Translations under genes and position numbers: made by a program
Shown here: positions 24,020-37,366 of the stretch, in pieces
How positions within the stretch are numbered: position 1 is the first letter of the stretch
Layout: every line of letters starts with the position of its first letter
NCBI GenBank assembly: GCA_039545335.1
Contig: BCIN01000001.1
Location: 434,001 to 498,000 of the forward strand
Direction of reading: 5' to 3'
From: Kondoa subrosea
Taxonomy: Eukaryota
Length of the DNA stretch: 64,000 nt
The notes under the pieces: model-generated
Database searches by the model: none
Told to the model about the DNA's origin: nothing
The model's input: the letters and a program-made list of their open reading frames with translations, nothing else

Positions 24020-26469
24020 ATGTCTCGTCAGTATCCCCCGTCAAACAACTTGGGTTTGCCTGGTGCGCCGGACAGTCAGGTCCGACCTGGAGCTTCCCTC
24101 AGACGAGTCAGCACCTATGGAGATGGCCCTCGACGTCCTTCTCCGTCCAACAATCATGCAATGCCTTTGCTGAATCAAGATTATCGAATGGATGCTGGAC
24201 CTGCTCCAATACCTTTACCTCGCAATATCAATGGCTCCTCATCACGGCCTACCAATGGCTCTTCCAGTAGATCTGCTGCTACTACTTCTAGAGCAAACGG
24301 TCCACCTCAATCTAGATCAGCTGGATCAAATGATGCTGCTCGAGCGAAATCTAAAGTGGGAGGCATGCTCTTACAAAAACGACAATCTGTTTCCTATGCG
24401 CATGCAGAAGCTCAAGGTCTATTACCTCCGTCAAATAGTCAAGTTCCAGCTTTACCTTCACCTTCGAAACCGAAACGCCTTGGTGCTGGTGGATTGGATC
24501 TGGACGAATTGAATAGAGAAGGCTTTGATGTGGATTCGTATTTGAGAACTCATTTTGCAAGGAACAAATCGGCCGCTTCAAATGTTGATGTACTCAAGAC
24601 TTTGAAAGCGAATTTGCAAGGATCTTTGGATATGACCGCACAGGATCTACAAAAGAGTGTTCTGGCGTGAGTATCAGCCCATATACAGCTGCAAGACATT
24701 AGCTGAAGTATTACTGCAGGAACTATTCGGGTTTCGTCAATGTTGCAAAGGAGCTTAGCGCGCTTGAAAGTGAAATGCTGGAACTCAAAGGTGTTTTGGA
24801 AGAATGGAAAACTGTACCAGAGAGCCTAGAAATCTCCTCCGAGTCAGACCTGCTATCGAGCAACACTCTTGGTGTGTTGTGCTATTATCGCATTCAGGCG
24901 TTACTTATTGTATGATCTTTGCAGCGCCCGGTGGTAGAAGAGGGCATCGTAATTCTATTGCTGATCTAGCAGCACTCTATCGAAGTCAACTTGAAGCGCT
25001 GTGGGAGAACGTCGAAGGCTCGCAGAAGTTCTTGCCCTATGCTCCCGGTCGACATTTGATTGCTGAATGTGCCACCTTCGTTGAACTCAATGCTGCCACT
25101 TACAAACCTCGAGAACCAGTTCACCTCTTCTTATTGAATGATTATCTTTTGATTGCTGTCAAGAAAAGAAGACAGATGGGCAGCGCTGTTAGATTGGTTG
25201 CAGAAAGGTGTTTCTCCCTTAATGAGATTGTTGTCGTGGATATGAAAGATGGAGGAGGTCAGTCTGCGCGCTGATGACCTTGTTACAAAGGTTTATAGGT
25301 GGTGCTATTGACAGAACTCAAGAATGCTGTCAAAGTCAAACGAGGCAAAGAGACTTTCATCTTCAAATCCACCAAGACCGAGGATAAGAAAGCTTTGCTC
25401 GGCGCTTTCAAGAAAGTAGCTGAAGAAATGTCCAACAAGCGCAGGAAAGAGTCTGTTTGGGAGATGGAAGCACGGAAAGGAGTGCGTGTGCCTATCTCTC
25501 TCTGAATATTCTTGCTGACCCGTAGTTTACGTAGTTATCGTCTTCTCAGAGAGAAGACACTGCACCTAGTGTACCGAGTCTTCTTGGTCGGCCTTCTTCA
25601 TCTAAATTTCAACCTTCGAAATACTTCGACTTCATCGAACCAGATCCTTCAGGAAAGGAACAAGGCTGGATAGGCGGTGTCTCGGATGAGTTGGTGGTTC
25701 TTATCGCTATCCGTAAATTTGAAGAAGCAGTGAATTTGATCACCAAATGTGTGTTCTTTACCCACAGTCCATGAGAATGACTACTGATGTAGCTTGGCAG
25801 GCAAAGAGGTACTACCAGAAGTAGAAGACGAAGGTTTAGCTGCGCAATTCAGATCTGAGATCGATCGCCGCTCTTCGGAACTCGCTGCTTGTCTACTGCG
25901 TGATCTGGTCGGATCTGATAATGGAAAGAAAAGCGTGACCAGAACAGTCACTTGGCTGAATCGGTTAGGCGAAGCGGACAAAGCTAGAGAGACTTTCTTG
26001 AGTGGGCGAGGCGATTTAGTCAAGAAACGTGTCAAGGGTATTGGCTATCATGGAGATATACCTCGGTACATCTCTGAATTGGCTCAAGTCGTTTTCGGTA
26101 TGATGAAGAACACTTGCGAGTGGTACATGGCTGCTTTCAAAGATAACAAGCTCTCGAGTAGTCAGTTTCAATTCCTTCCGACAATGCGTTCAGCGTTCAT
26201 GCTTATGATCCATTGGAACAGGCTTTGTACGCTGGGCAACAGAACAGATTGAACTCTTCAGCCAGATTTTCAGAAGACAAGTATACGGGCTGGATCGCGA
26301 CCAATCAACGATATTACGAGACAGTTTAGCGATTACGAAGCAGCATGGAATGATGGTAAGCTTTACTCTCCCCTTCTGGCTGCTCTGACAATCGTCTCAG
26401 CTGAAGGACGTCGGCCTCTCATTTGATCATCTTTTCGAAAATCTCGCTCACGAACAGAGTACAGTATGA
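24020..26469 (+). CDS. EXO84: Exocyst subunit Exo84 (Vps51-like N-terminus, PH domain, Exo84_C)
   Basis: FDVDSYL...LQKSV..NYSGFV, VEGSQKFLP.APGRHL, ELNAATYK...HLFLLND.LLIA, LGEADKARETFL..R and LKDVGLSFD. Confidence 0.9.
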
Positions 26470-26629
26470 AAGCCAGGGCTTGTGTGTACTTGTATGTACA
26501 GTAGTGTATTTTATCTAACGAGACGTGAACGGAGTTGAGGCTATCTGGGCGCAAACAGTTGTTATTTTTCGCGTCTTAAGTTGACCTGCTACCATCATCT
26601 TCTTTTGTTTTGCTTTTGCTTTGCCCAAC

Positions 26630-27900
26630 ATGTTCACTATTAGAAATACACTCATTGCTGCATCCGTCGTCGCGCTGGCTCGCGCTCAATCTACTGCCAC
26701 AAGTGAGTTTCCATTCGCCAAACAACATTTGCCGCCTAATCTTCTTCCTCATTTAGACTGCGATCCCACTGATCCTACCACTCCACCTGAAGTTTGCAGC
26801 ATTCGGGCTGCGTTTGGCGGGAACCAAGCGAGTACATAGCAGCATCCAACGATCCAAGCCTTGACGTGTTTTGCCATACAAACAGATTCCTCAGGTCGTA
26901 CCTACTTTCTTGCCTTCTGGTGCTCTCTACGTCCACTATGATGGTATCGTCCTTGGCGGAGGTAAATCCGGTTGCTTTGGTATCAATCCGTGGGCTGAAA
27001 GTATTGCTCGCACAGCCCAGCAACTCGCTCCTAGCCGTGTCTCAAGCGCTCCTGGCCTTCAATACAATCTCACTCAAGGACTCGATGCTGGTCCTAGCTA
27101 TGTCTTCATGATGGTGAGCGCAAGTCATGTTCAGCCCGATGTAAGGATCTGACTTTCCCTTTAGTTTGATCCTGATGCAGGCGAAAACGCAAATGTGCTT
27201 CATTATATGTTGACCGACTGTACCGTCAATCAAGAAACTCTGTACTTGGAAGGTTGCACCGCTGTCGCGCCCTACGGAGGTCCAGCGTGAGTCTGGTTCT
27301 CTCGGCATATATCATTTAGCTCATCCTTGTTTCAGGCCCCCACAAGGAACTGGCCTGCACAGGTGAAATGACTCTGAGTTGCTCGAAACCCAGCTAATCT
27401 TGCTGATCAGATACATTCAACTTCTCTACACTCAGCCATCAGGATTCACTCAGCCCAGCTACCCAGACACCATTCAAGACTCACGCTTGAAATGGGACTA
27501 CCAAGGCTTCGTCTCTTCAAACAACCTTGGCAACCCCGTCGGTGGCATGTGTATGTCTACTTCTTTTGCTTGATGATATAAACGCTGAGGCGCATCAACA
27601 GACTTCCGGTCTGAGTACGATGGCAGCTCAACTCAAGCTACCAACACTGCTGACCCAAACACGGTCGGCGGAAATGCAGCCGTCGCTACTTCTTCATCCT
27701 CTGAAGAAGATCGCTCGTCTTCCGCTTCTCGATCTTCAAGCTCTCGCCCAACTTCAATGGCCTCAAGCGCTACTTCAGCTGCTCGAAGTGCTGCCTCTTC
27801 CGCAGCTGCTTCTGTTGCTCCTTCATCTGGAGCAGAAAAGACTGGTTTGGCCTCAATGATGGTACTAGGTGTTGCCAGTTTAGTTGCCGTTCTGTTGTAG
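26630..27900 (+). CDS. Secreted, probably GPI-anchored PEBP (phosphatidylethanolamine-binding) family protein
   Basis: Signal peptide; YVFMM|FDPDA, LHY, YGGPA|PPQGTGLHRYIQLLY; Ser/Ala-rich stalk; hydrophobic C-terminus. Confidence 0.85.
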
Positions 27901-28207
27901 AGCGCGAAGAATTGGGAGTATGGACAATATTAACCTTCGATTTTTTACTTTTAGTTCTGCTATTTTTACACACTTGTATTCTGGTGTGCAATAATATCAT
28001 GAGCTCCATAGATGAATACTATTGATGATATTGACTCACATCATGCTAGCTAAGTAATCCGGTTGAACGACGTTTTGTTCCCATGCTTGCAGTATGAATA
28101 CACGATTTTACAATATTACATGTCTCTCTTACACTGTAAGCGATAATCAGCGCTCTGGGACAATTGAATAAAGAGAACACTGCTTACCTTCGCCGTGGCC
28201 CGAACTT

Positions 28208-29587
28208 TTAAAACTTGAACGAACTTTGGGCAAAAGGACTGCTTGGTCTTTGCATAAATTGTCTAACCTGTTCTCTTGCCTCTTCCCTCGCTCTCCAAGC
28301 TTCATCCGAATCCCAAGCTGCATGTCTCATGCTCGTACCAGAAGGACTTCTCTGTTGATCATGCCCACCTTGATCTGGTATTGATTTCTGACGTTCTGTT
28401 GATGAGGACGCTGAAGGGTAATGGTTTGCTGAACTTGGTGAAGTAACAGATGTACGATCTTCTTCATCATCTGATATTTCAACCGCTGCTTCATTATCAT
28501 CATCATCGTCATCATCTTGACTGTAAGAATTAGTAGTAGTAGTCGTATTAGTAGAAGAAGAAAGAGAAAACTTCTTGTTATTGTTGTTATTGTTGGGAGT
28601 TGAAAGGTTGTCAGTAGTGATCATTGGCATATCTTGAAACTTGCTACTGAGAATCAATGATGATCCTCCTCCACCTCTTTCACTTGCACTCCTTCTTTTT
28701 TCTATCCGTTGTGGTTCGTTTTCGTCTGATGAGAGAGCTAAAGAAGTAGCTGATGAAGATCGAGAAAGATGAGAAGAAAGGAAAGCTGGTTTAGGTGGTT
28801 CGAACAAAAGAGTAGGTTGATTGGATGCAAAAGTAGGCGAGGATGGGTAACTACCTAATTTAGGTGAAGAAGGTACGGAAGATGTAGAAAGAGGTGCGAG
28901 ATTGAGGTAAGAAGCTCTTTTAGATCCGAATGCTTCACGATCCATTGAGACTGGTCGAGAAAAAGTGGGACGTTGAGTCGCGTTAGGTGTTCGAGCTGTG
29001 GGCGGCAATCTAAGATCGAGAAGAGAGGAATTACGAGAGTCGCCTTCCAAAGAATGTAAAGAGGTTTGTGATCGAGCTGCTTTCGCTTGGCGAAAAGCCG
29101 CTGCTGTGATTGATCCGGTTGTGTCTATTGAAGATCTAGCTACATCTTCCGGTTCTTGAAAGTAGCTGTCGGTGACAGACGGATCTTGGACGTAAGGACT
29201 AGAGTAATGACCTTCTAGATCTTTGTGGACTTCTATTTCTGCTGATACTGGTGGTAGGTCTTCTGTTTTGCTCGGAGGTGAATACTTGAGAGTCTTGATG
29301 TTGGGCAACGTCTTTCCTCTGTTCTTGGCTGGTCTGACTGATTTCACTGAACTGAACAAAGCGAATCTCGAAGTTTTGCTTGGCCCTGGATCTTCGAATG
29401 TCGCTGCGATAGGAGAATTGGAAGATAGAGGACTTGGTGTGAATGCAGAAGCACCAGAACTTTTAGACAGAGTAGCAGGATGTGGGCATGCGATAGATTG
29501 TCCATCGCTGGAATCTGCTGTCGCTGAAAAGCTAGACTGCTGTTTTGCAGATTCGCTTGTCTTGCGCTTTGGAGTGAAGAATCCCAT
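28208..29587 (-). CDS. Hypothetical Ser-rich, intrinsically disordered protein
   Basis: About 460-aa uninterrupted ORF starting MGFFTPKRK, with poly-N, poly-T and poly-D tracts and no recognisable domain. Confidence 0.65.
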   Translation of the reverse strand: MGFFTPKRKTSESAKQQSSFSATADSSDGQSIACPHPATLSKSSGASAFTPSPLSSNSPIAATFEDPGPSKTSRFALFSSVKSVRPAKNRGKTLPNIKTLKYSPPSKTEDLPPVSAEIEVHKDLEGHYSSPYVQDPSVTDSYFQEPEDVARSSIDTTGSITAAAFRQAKAARSQTSLHSLEGDSRNSSLLDLRLPPTARTPNATQRPTFSRPVSMDREAFGSKRASYLNLAPLSTSSVPSSPKLGSYPSSPTFASNQPTLLFEPPKPAFLSSHLSRSSSATSLALSSDENEPQRIEKRRSASERGGGGSSLILSSKFQDMPMITTDNLSTPNNNNNNKKFSLSSSTNTTTTTNSYSQDDDDDDDNEAAVEISDDEEDRTSVTSPSSANHYPSASSSTERQKSIPDQGGHDQQRSPSGTSMRHAAWDSDEAWRAREEAREQVRQFMQRPSSPFAQSSFKF

Positions 29588-29935
29588 CCCTTTGCACACT
29601 TTCTACCCTCGGCTTCCTCTGTCACAGGGTGAGGATGATGACCCAATAATACCAAGCTATTCCAGCCCAAGTAGATTTAAGTGTGAGTGCTGGCCTGTAG
29701 AGTACACAGTTGATTGAATAGTGCTGGGTGCTATGAGGAGCTTCTGTCGCTGGTTCAGGTGAGGAAAATGAAATTTGTTGCGGGTTGCCTAGAAACCTTC
29801 AGACCTCAAGTATACCCGCTGCTGTGATATCTCTGGCTGGCCCTCACCTCACGAATCATCTTGCTCGCATTTCCCTTGCTTGCGAAGCACGACTGCTCCT
29901 GGTGGCCTCGATCGCAGGGCAAACAGGTCTGAGCT

Positions 29936-32900
29936 ATGAACGACATTGAAGATCTCTGTGCGCTGTCACAGAATGGAGAAGCAGCTACTGCCGATGCTCT
30001 GGTTTCTACCTTGCGCTCCAATTTCTTGTCTGAGCGAATCTATGTACGCAGCTATTTCTGTCGGCTCAAGTTTTGCACCGCATTGACACGCGTTATTAGA
30101 CCTCCATCTCTCCCTTTGCACTCGTTTCTGTCAATTCTAACAAGTACCTTCAGCTCAATCATGATAACAATCTCAATTCTTACATTTCAGAAAGCTGGGA
30201 AGTTAATCATCAGCCTTTGCCGCCTCATGTCTGGCAAATGGCAGCCAAAAGTTACTTCTACATGCGTAGAACAGGTCAAGATCAGTCTATTGTCCTTCGT
30301 GGTTCCGTAGGTAGCGGCAAGACTGAAGCTCGAAGACTCCTAATCTCAGCTTTGATTAATGTCGCTCCCTCGAGTCAAAGTAAGAAGGAGACGAAACTAG
30401 CTAAGCAAGTACCTGCTTCTCAATTCATCATGGAAAGCTTTGGACACGCTTCCACCTTGTCCAACAATAATGCATCTCGCTACGGTGCTTATACTGAGCT
30501 TCAATACGGAGAGAATTACAAGTTGGCGGGCGTCAAGACCCTACCTTATCATCTCAACAAATCACATCTTTCGAGAACTGTCAAAGGTGAACGCAATTTC
30601 CATGTGTTCCACTACTTGCTCGCCGGCGCAACCCAAGAAGAAGCTACGCATCTGAAACTCAACACTTCATTCCGCTATCTTACTGGTGCATCTTACCCAT
30701 CTAATGTCCGAGACGATGCATCTAAAGCGGATAAGCTGAAAGAAGCATTCAAATTGGTGTCTTTCTCTAAACGCGCTGTAGCGTCTATCTACCGAGTTCT
30801 TGCTGCCATTCTGCATCTTGGCCAACTTGAATTCATCATGGACAAGTCAAGAAACGAAGATGCTGCCTCTGTTTTGAACACCGATGTGCTGGAACATATC
30901 GCTTCTCTACTTGGTGTAGCTCCTCATGACTTGGAATCAGCACTCAATACCCAAACGAAGCTCTACCCTTGGAATGAGCGAGTCAGCTTTCTTCTAGATG
31001 TAGACGGCGCGTCATTGGCGAGAGACGATTTGGCAGGAACTCTTTATGGCCTGCTTTTCGCTTGGATCAGTGAATTCTTGAACTCCAAACTTAGCAAAAA
31101 CGATTTCAAGTCTTTTGTTTCTGTCCTCGATTTCCCTGGTACTCAATCTTCTTCATCAAGCAGTCGATCAAACGGTTTAGATGAATTATGCTTCAATCTA
31201 GCCAATGAACGAATTCAATCCTTCTTACTTGAACGAACTTTCGAATCACAGAAATCAGAATACAACAACGAAGGCGTTTCTACTTTCTTACCTGGACTTG
31301 CTACTACCTATTTCAGCAATTCCGAAGGTGTTCGCATCCTAACTGCTCAGCCTGGTGGATTAGTTCATATCATTGATGATCAAGCATCCAGAAGAGGGAA
31401 ATCCGATTCAACAATGTTGTCCTCTATGGGTAAAAGATGGGGAAGCAATTCAGCTTTCGGTTGGAGACCTTCAGACGAACAACAAGGTCGAACAGGAACT
31501 TTTATGATCAATCATTACGATACCCAAGTTACTTATAATGCTGAAGGCTTCCTCGAAAACAATCGGGCTACGGTTTCTACTAATTTCATTCAACTCTTTG
31601 CTCAATCTACAATTGGAATTGGGCCTAAAGGATCTACAGATGCTTTAATCCAAGAGTTGTTTAGTTCGGAAGCTGCGAAAGTCGGCTCTGAATCTAGATC
31701 TGGTGCTGTTGTCGAACCGCAAGGAGAGAAGCTCAAATTGAGAGCTACGTTGAGAGTTCGACCTTCTTTTAGAAGAAAAGGAAGGGATAGAGCTGGTAGT
31801 GTTGGTAGTCGGAATGAAGAGGATGAAGCTACCAAAGAAGCAACAGAAGGCGATTATGTCCTTGGTTCGCTTAATGGTAGCTTGACTGTTTTGTTGCAAG
31901 CGCTAGCAGAGGTTCGTGTCGCAGGCTCGATGGCAAATTGATTGCTGAGAATATTGCTTGCACGAACAGACTCGTCTCTGGATTGTTGCATGTTTGAAAC
32001 CCAACGAAGCTGGTCTACCTGTTCAAGCCGATGGGAAATGCTTGCGAGCTCAGATTGGTGCTCTTGGTTTGACTGAGATGACTCGTCGACTTGATGGAAC
32101 ATGGGCAGTTGATCTGCAACATCGAGAATTCTGGGACCGTTACAGTCAATTACCTAGTTTGCAAGAATCGGTTGATCAAGCCAAGAATGCTGTTTGGGTT
32201 GATAAGATCAAGATTATCGCTTCTGGAAAAGGCTGGATTGAACGAGATATGGCTGTTGGCAGATACAAGGTCTTTTTGAGTCATGATGCTTTCAAATCGT
32301 TGGAAGACGAATTGCGATCAAGTGATGCGCAGGAGATGGAAATTGCAAGAGAGAAAGGCCGGATCGATCTCAACTCTTACGGATCTTCTACTCATCCGTC
32401 AGATCCCTTCTCCCCTTACGCTCCTGCTGTCTCCGCTTCACCTGATTCGCGAGACAACAATACCGAACTTCCCTCAGAATATGGTATGTCTTCAGCCATT
32501 CTACCTCTTGTCGACAACGGCGCTTCGATGGCTATGGGAACACCAAATCCTTATGAGGAAGATGATATCAAATCTTACTTTGGCAATGATCGTCGAAATG
32601 ACGATGCTGCTTCGACTCTTTACGCTCCATCGAGTGTCAGGTTCGGCGGAGCCAACGAAAAGACGTTCACGGATGAGAAGACACCAAACTACATTCAACA
32701 AAAGCAGCCAGTCTCGGAAACAGTTGAAACTGTTCGCCAGACTAACAGAAGACGGATTTGGGTCACAATGACTTGGTTGGTCACTTGGTGGATCCCTCCA
32801 TTCATCTTGAGCCGGATTGGTCGAATGAGGCGTCCAGATGTTCAGATGGCTTGGAGAGAGAAATTCACAATCAAGTAAGACTGAAACACTCGCATGCTGT

Positions 32901-35900
32901 GCATGGCACCGCTGATGATTATGCTAGCTTCATCATCTGGTTAATGTGTGCTGCCGCTATCTTTGTGATTGTCTTCCTGGGCGACCTTCTGTGCCCACAT
33001 CAGGTAAGTTCGTGATTTTGACGCGTCATTAATGCTCAATTGTTGTAGTATGTCTACACCCAAGCCGAGCTACAAAATCACGGCTTCCTCAACCGCAAGC
33101 AGAACTTGGTAGCTATCCGAGGTTAGTTTTATGTATTCGAGTAAACTGGCATCGCTCAAAGTCAATTCTACAGGCGAAGTTTTTGACATAACCCAATTCT
33201 CCAAGATCCACAGTCCAGCAGTCATTCGAAGCAATGCAGTCCTCAAATATGCTGGTACCGATGCGACTGCCCTGTTTCCGGTTCAAATCAGCGCTCTCTG
33301 CGACGGTATTGATGGCAATATCAATCCTTTCGTATCTTTCGACTCGACTAACAGCTCAGAAAAAAATGGTCAGGCATTATTTTGCATCTTCTAGAGCTTA
33401 CCTGAGACTGAGGCAGCCATATACCACGACTTCCGCTATTCAACAACGCTTGATGACCCTCGTCCAGACTGGTGTAAGTCTAGAGCTGTGGCAGAGAGTA
33501 TATTTTCTGACACTTTTTGTAGATATGGAGCAAATGATCTACATGCGATACAAATATCGGAAAGGCTTCATGGGCTATACAGCTAATGATGTTCGCAGCT
33601 TGGCAAACAAAGCAAACACTCGAAATACAGTCATCTTCGAAAATGGCATCTACGATATGACACAGTATATCTCTAACAACGGAGGCATAGCAGCCAGCCC
33701 AAATGGGACGAATCCGCCAGGAAATATCGATCGAACTTTTATGCATGATCAAGTCGTCAGTCTCTTTGTCAATCAAGCTGGATCCGATATCACTTCTGCG
33801 CTCAACTCGTTGAACATCGATCAGAACGTCTTAGACTCGCAACGAACTTGTTTGCGCAATTTGTTCTACCAAGGCAAAATCGATACTCGGAATTCGCCTA
33901 AATGTCAATTTTCCCGGTACATTCTCCTCGCTCTATCCCTTGCGATGGTGACAATCATCGGTTTCAAGTTCCTTGCTGCTCTGAACTTCTCGCGCACTCG
34001 GACGCCCGAAGATGCTCAGAAGTTTGTGATTTTGCAAGTTCCAGCATATACAGAAGGCGAAGCATCGCTGCGAAGATGTCTAGAATCTCTCGCTGCCACC
34101 AAATACGACGATAAGCGAAAACTGATCTTCGTACTTTGCGAGTAAGTCTCCACGGTTACAAAAATGGTATTGCACTCAGACTGTTTCAGTGGCAATATTG
34201 TTGGTCAGGGCAACGATAAATCGACGCCACGCATCGTCTTGGACATTCTAGGATCCAATGTATTGACCGATCCCGAACCTCTCAGCTTTGAGAGTTTGGG
34301 TGAGGGTTCGAAGCAGCACAATATGGGTCAAGTCTACAGCGGTCTCTACGAACATGCTGGTCATGTGGTTCCATACATCGTCGTTGTCAAATGCGGTCGA
34401 GCGCATCTCGAAAAATCCAAACCTGGAAACAGAGGAAAACGTGATAGTGTGAGTTAGACAACACCGTGCCTACCCGTGATTGATAATTACTATAGCAAAT
34501 GTTGGTAATGAGATGGCTCAACCGCGTTGCTTACAATTCGCCTATGTCACCTCTCGAACTGGAAATTTATCATCAGATCAAGAACGTGATTGGAGTCCAG
34601 CCAAGCTATTACGAGTGTATGTCGCAGTCATCTACTAGCCTTCATGTCTTAAACGATTACACAGTCCTTTTGAGTGTTGATGCCGACACGCAATGCGAAC
34701 GCGAAGCTTTGAACATGATGGTAAATGCAATGATCAGAGACAGGCGTATCATCGGACTTTGTGGTGAAACATCGCTATCGAACGGTCGACACTCTTTTGT
34801 TACTATGCTCCAAGTATACGAGTATTGTGAGCATTCTTACGGATTCCACTCTGAGCTGTTCTGAATGATCTCTTAAGTCATTTCGCATCATGTAAGGCAC
34901 ATCTAGACTGAGACATGCGTCACCTAAGAGATACTTTCAGCTCGCCAAAGCGTTCGAATCGCTATTTGGATCCGTTACCTGTCTACCTGGCTGCTTCTCG
35001 CTGTTCAGAATCAAGACAGTAGACCAAAAACCTTTGTTGTGTAGCAATCAGCTAATAGGTATGTCTTGACGATGAGCACACCCCCATGCTCATGGGGTGC
35101 TAGATGACTTTGGTATCAATACCGTTGACACTTTGCATCTGAAAAATCTGCTCCGTATGTTTCCTATACTTTCTCGACAGGATGGCTTATAGTAGTACAG
35201 ATCTCGGAGAGGATCGCTACCTGACCACCTTGCTACTGAAGAATTTTCCTACTCACAAGACAACTTTCATTCGTGATGCAGGCGTAAGCTTTCTCGACAC
35301 TACTTCGGGCGAAGCTAAAGATCACTCAGGCCAAAACTATTGCTCCTGACGAATGGAAGGTGCTGCTTTCACAAAGGCGAAGATGGATCAATTCGACTGT
35401 CCATAATTTGATGACGTTGTTGTCTACTGACAGGCTTTGCGGTATGTGGTATTGCTATGATATAGGAGAGCACCGACTGACTAATGATGTTTTCAGGCTT
35501 CTGCTTATTCTCGTTCGTCTGAATTCTTTTGCTCGGCAACATTGGCTGAAATTTACCTCAGCATGCGATTTATGGTCTTCGTAGATCTACTGTGCGTGTG
35601 GTGGAAATTTGCGTATTTCCAGGCTCATCTGATCGTTGACAGCTCAACTGTAATTGCTCCAGTGCAGACTGTGTACATTGGCTGTAAGCATATGTTACCG
35701 CTTCGTGTGCGCCTAGATGCTCATTACATCTTTCTGCAGATGTCAGTTCAGGAGGATCTCCTTATATCTGTGATGCTTACTGCTTCCTAGCTCATCTACC
35801 TTGTCGCAACGAGAGGTGAAGGTGTTCCGGTGACAGCTTTGATAATGCTTGCTGCGTAAGCGAAACAGCTATGCTCTTGCTACACACTTATTGATATGCT

Positions 35901-37115
35901 TGACCTTCCACAGGATTTGTGAGCTAGCTGCTTTTGGTCAGCAAATACCATGTCTGAACATTTTTTTACAGACGGATTGCAAGCTATCATTTTCATGTAT
36001 GGTTGTCTCTGGCTTTTCGTTTCGACGCGCTTACATGTGATTTTAGCTTCCATGGGGCCTTCGAAATGATCGGCTGGCTGGTCATCTACATTCTAGCGAT
36101 ACCGATCTTTTCGCTCATCCTTCCGGTCTACTCGTTTTGGAAGATGGTCAGTCCACTTGTCATAAGTGCAGTTCCTCACGCTAACATCGCATAGGATGAC
36201 TTCTCTTGGGGGAATACTCGCCTGGTTAGCGGAGAACGAGGCAAACGTATGTCTACTGTCGAACATGCCCTTCGTGTACTGAACCTACTTCTGATTTCAG
36301 GTCTCATCATTCACGAAGAAGGTGTATATGACCCAAACGAAATTCCAAAGCGAACATGGCAAGATTTGTGAGTATATCTGCGCTACACTTATCACTTCGC
36401 TGATGTCAATGTAGCGAGTCGGATCTTTGGGAACGCGGAAGCAATCAAAGTATTGGATGTAAGCCTTTCGTGTATTGTCGCTACTCCGTCTGAATGATTT
36501 CAATTAGCCATCATTGCGCATGGCAAGCGTCAGCCCTATGGGGACGGCGACAGTGTCTATGGCAAAGCAAGTCAACTTGGGTTGGATAAGTATGCTTCGC
36601 CAATGGCTTCACCCAAAGCTTTACAATCGCCGATGCATTCGCCTTCCGCGCAATCCAAGCTTCTATACGATATTGATACGCCAGGTCATTCGCCCAGCGG
36701 CAGCAGAAGTCTCAGTCAAAATCAAGGCTACTTTGGCGGATCTCCTGTTCGAGCAAGTCCTCAGCAAAGTAGACAACACACTCCTCTTCCCTCTTTCCAT
36801 GATCTTCAGCAAATCTATTTGAACGAAGGACCTCGAAATCGGGTTTCGTTGGCTTCAACAATCCCTCGTGGAAGTGGTATTCCCAATGACGAACAGCTTG
36901 CGCAAGATGTCTATGATATTGTACGAGCAGCCGATCTGACAGTCATGTCGAAGCGGAGTGTTCGAGAAGAGCTTCAAGCTTTGTATGGAGTCAACAGCTT
37001 GGGCGAAAAGACGAGTATCGTCAACAAACTGATAGAGGGTACGACGCATTCACCTGTTCCGATGATCATGAGCTGACTTATGTGTACAGAGGCTGCATTG
37101 AGTCTCGAAAACTAA
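29936..37115 (+). CDS. Chitin synthase with N-terminal myosin motor-like domain (class V-type), cytochrome-b5-like domains and DEK-C
   Basis: PPHVW, P-loop [96 protein letters not shown]-terminal DEK-C. Confidence 0.96.
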
Positions 37116-37366
37116 AACCTGGCATACAGTGTACTCATTACATGGACTTTCATATTTCTGTTCGCATGTTGCATATCGTTTCCTTACATCATACGAAATC
37201 CAAATGCATACATATATCTGTCACAGCGCTGTTTTGCCTTCCTCAATGTATCGATGCTCAAACGGTTCGTGCTTCCACCCAAAAACGCTTGACCCAAAAC
37301 AAGCATCTCTGCTCACCTTGATACCCGCGTTTGCTGTGATCCCCTGCACTGCTTGATATACACGTG

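Noticed and set aside
28490..28600. Trinucleotide microsatellites (also at 56400-56520)
   Set aside because: Ordinary coding homopolymer tracts (poly-D/T/N/S); no CRISPR-like or mobile-element structure.
28208..29936. Head-to-head class V/class VII chitin synthase pair
   Set aside because: The divergent neighbour is a Ser-rich protein with no CHS motifs.
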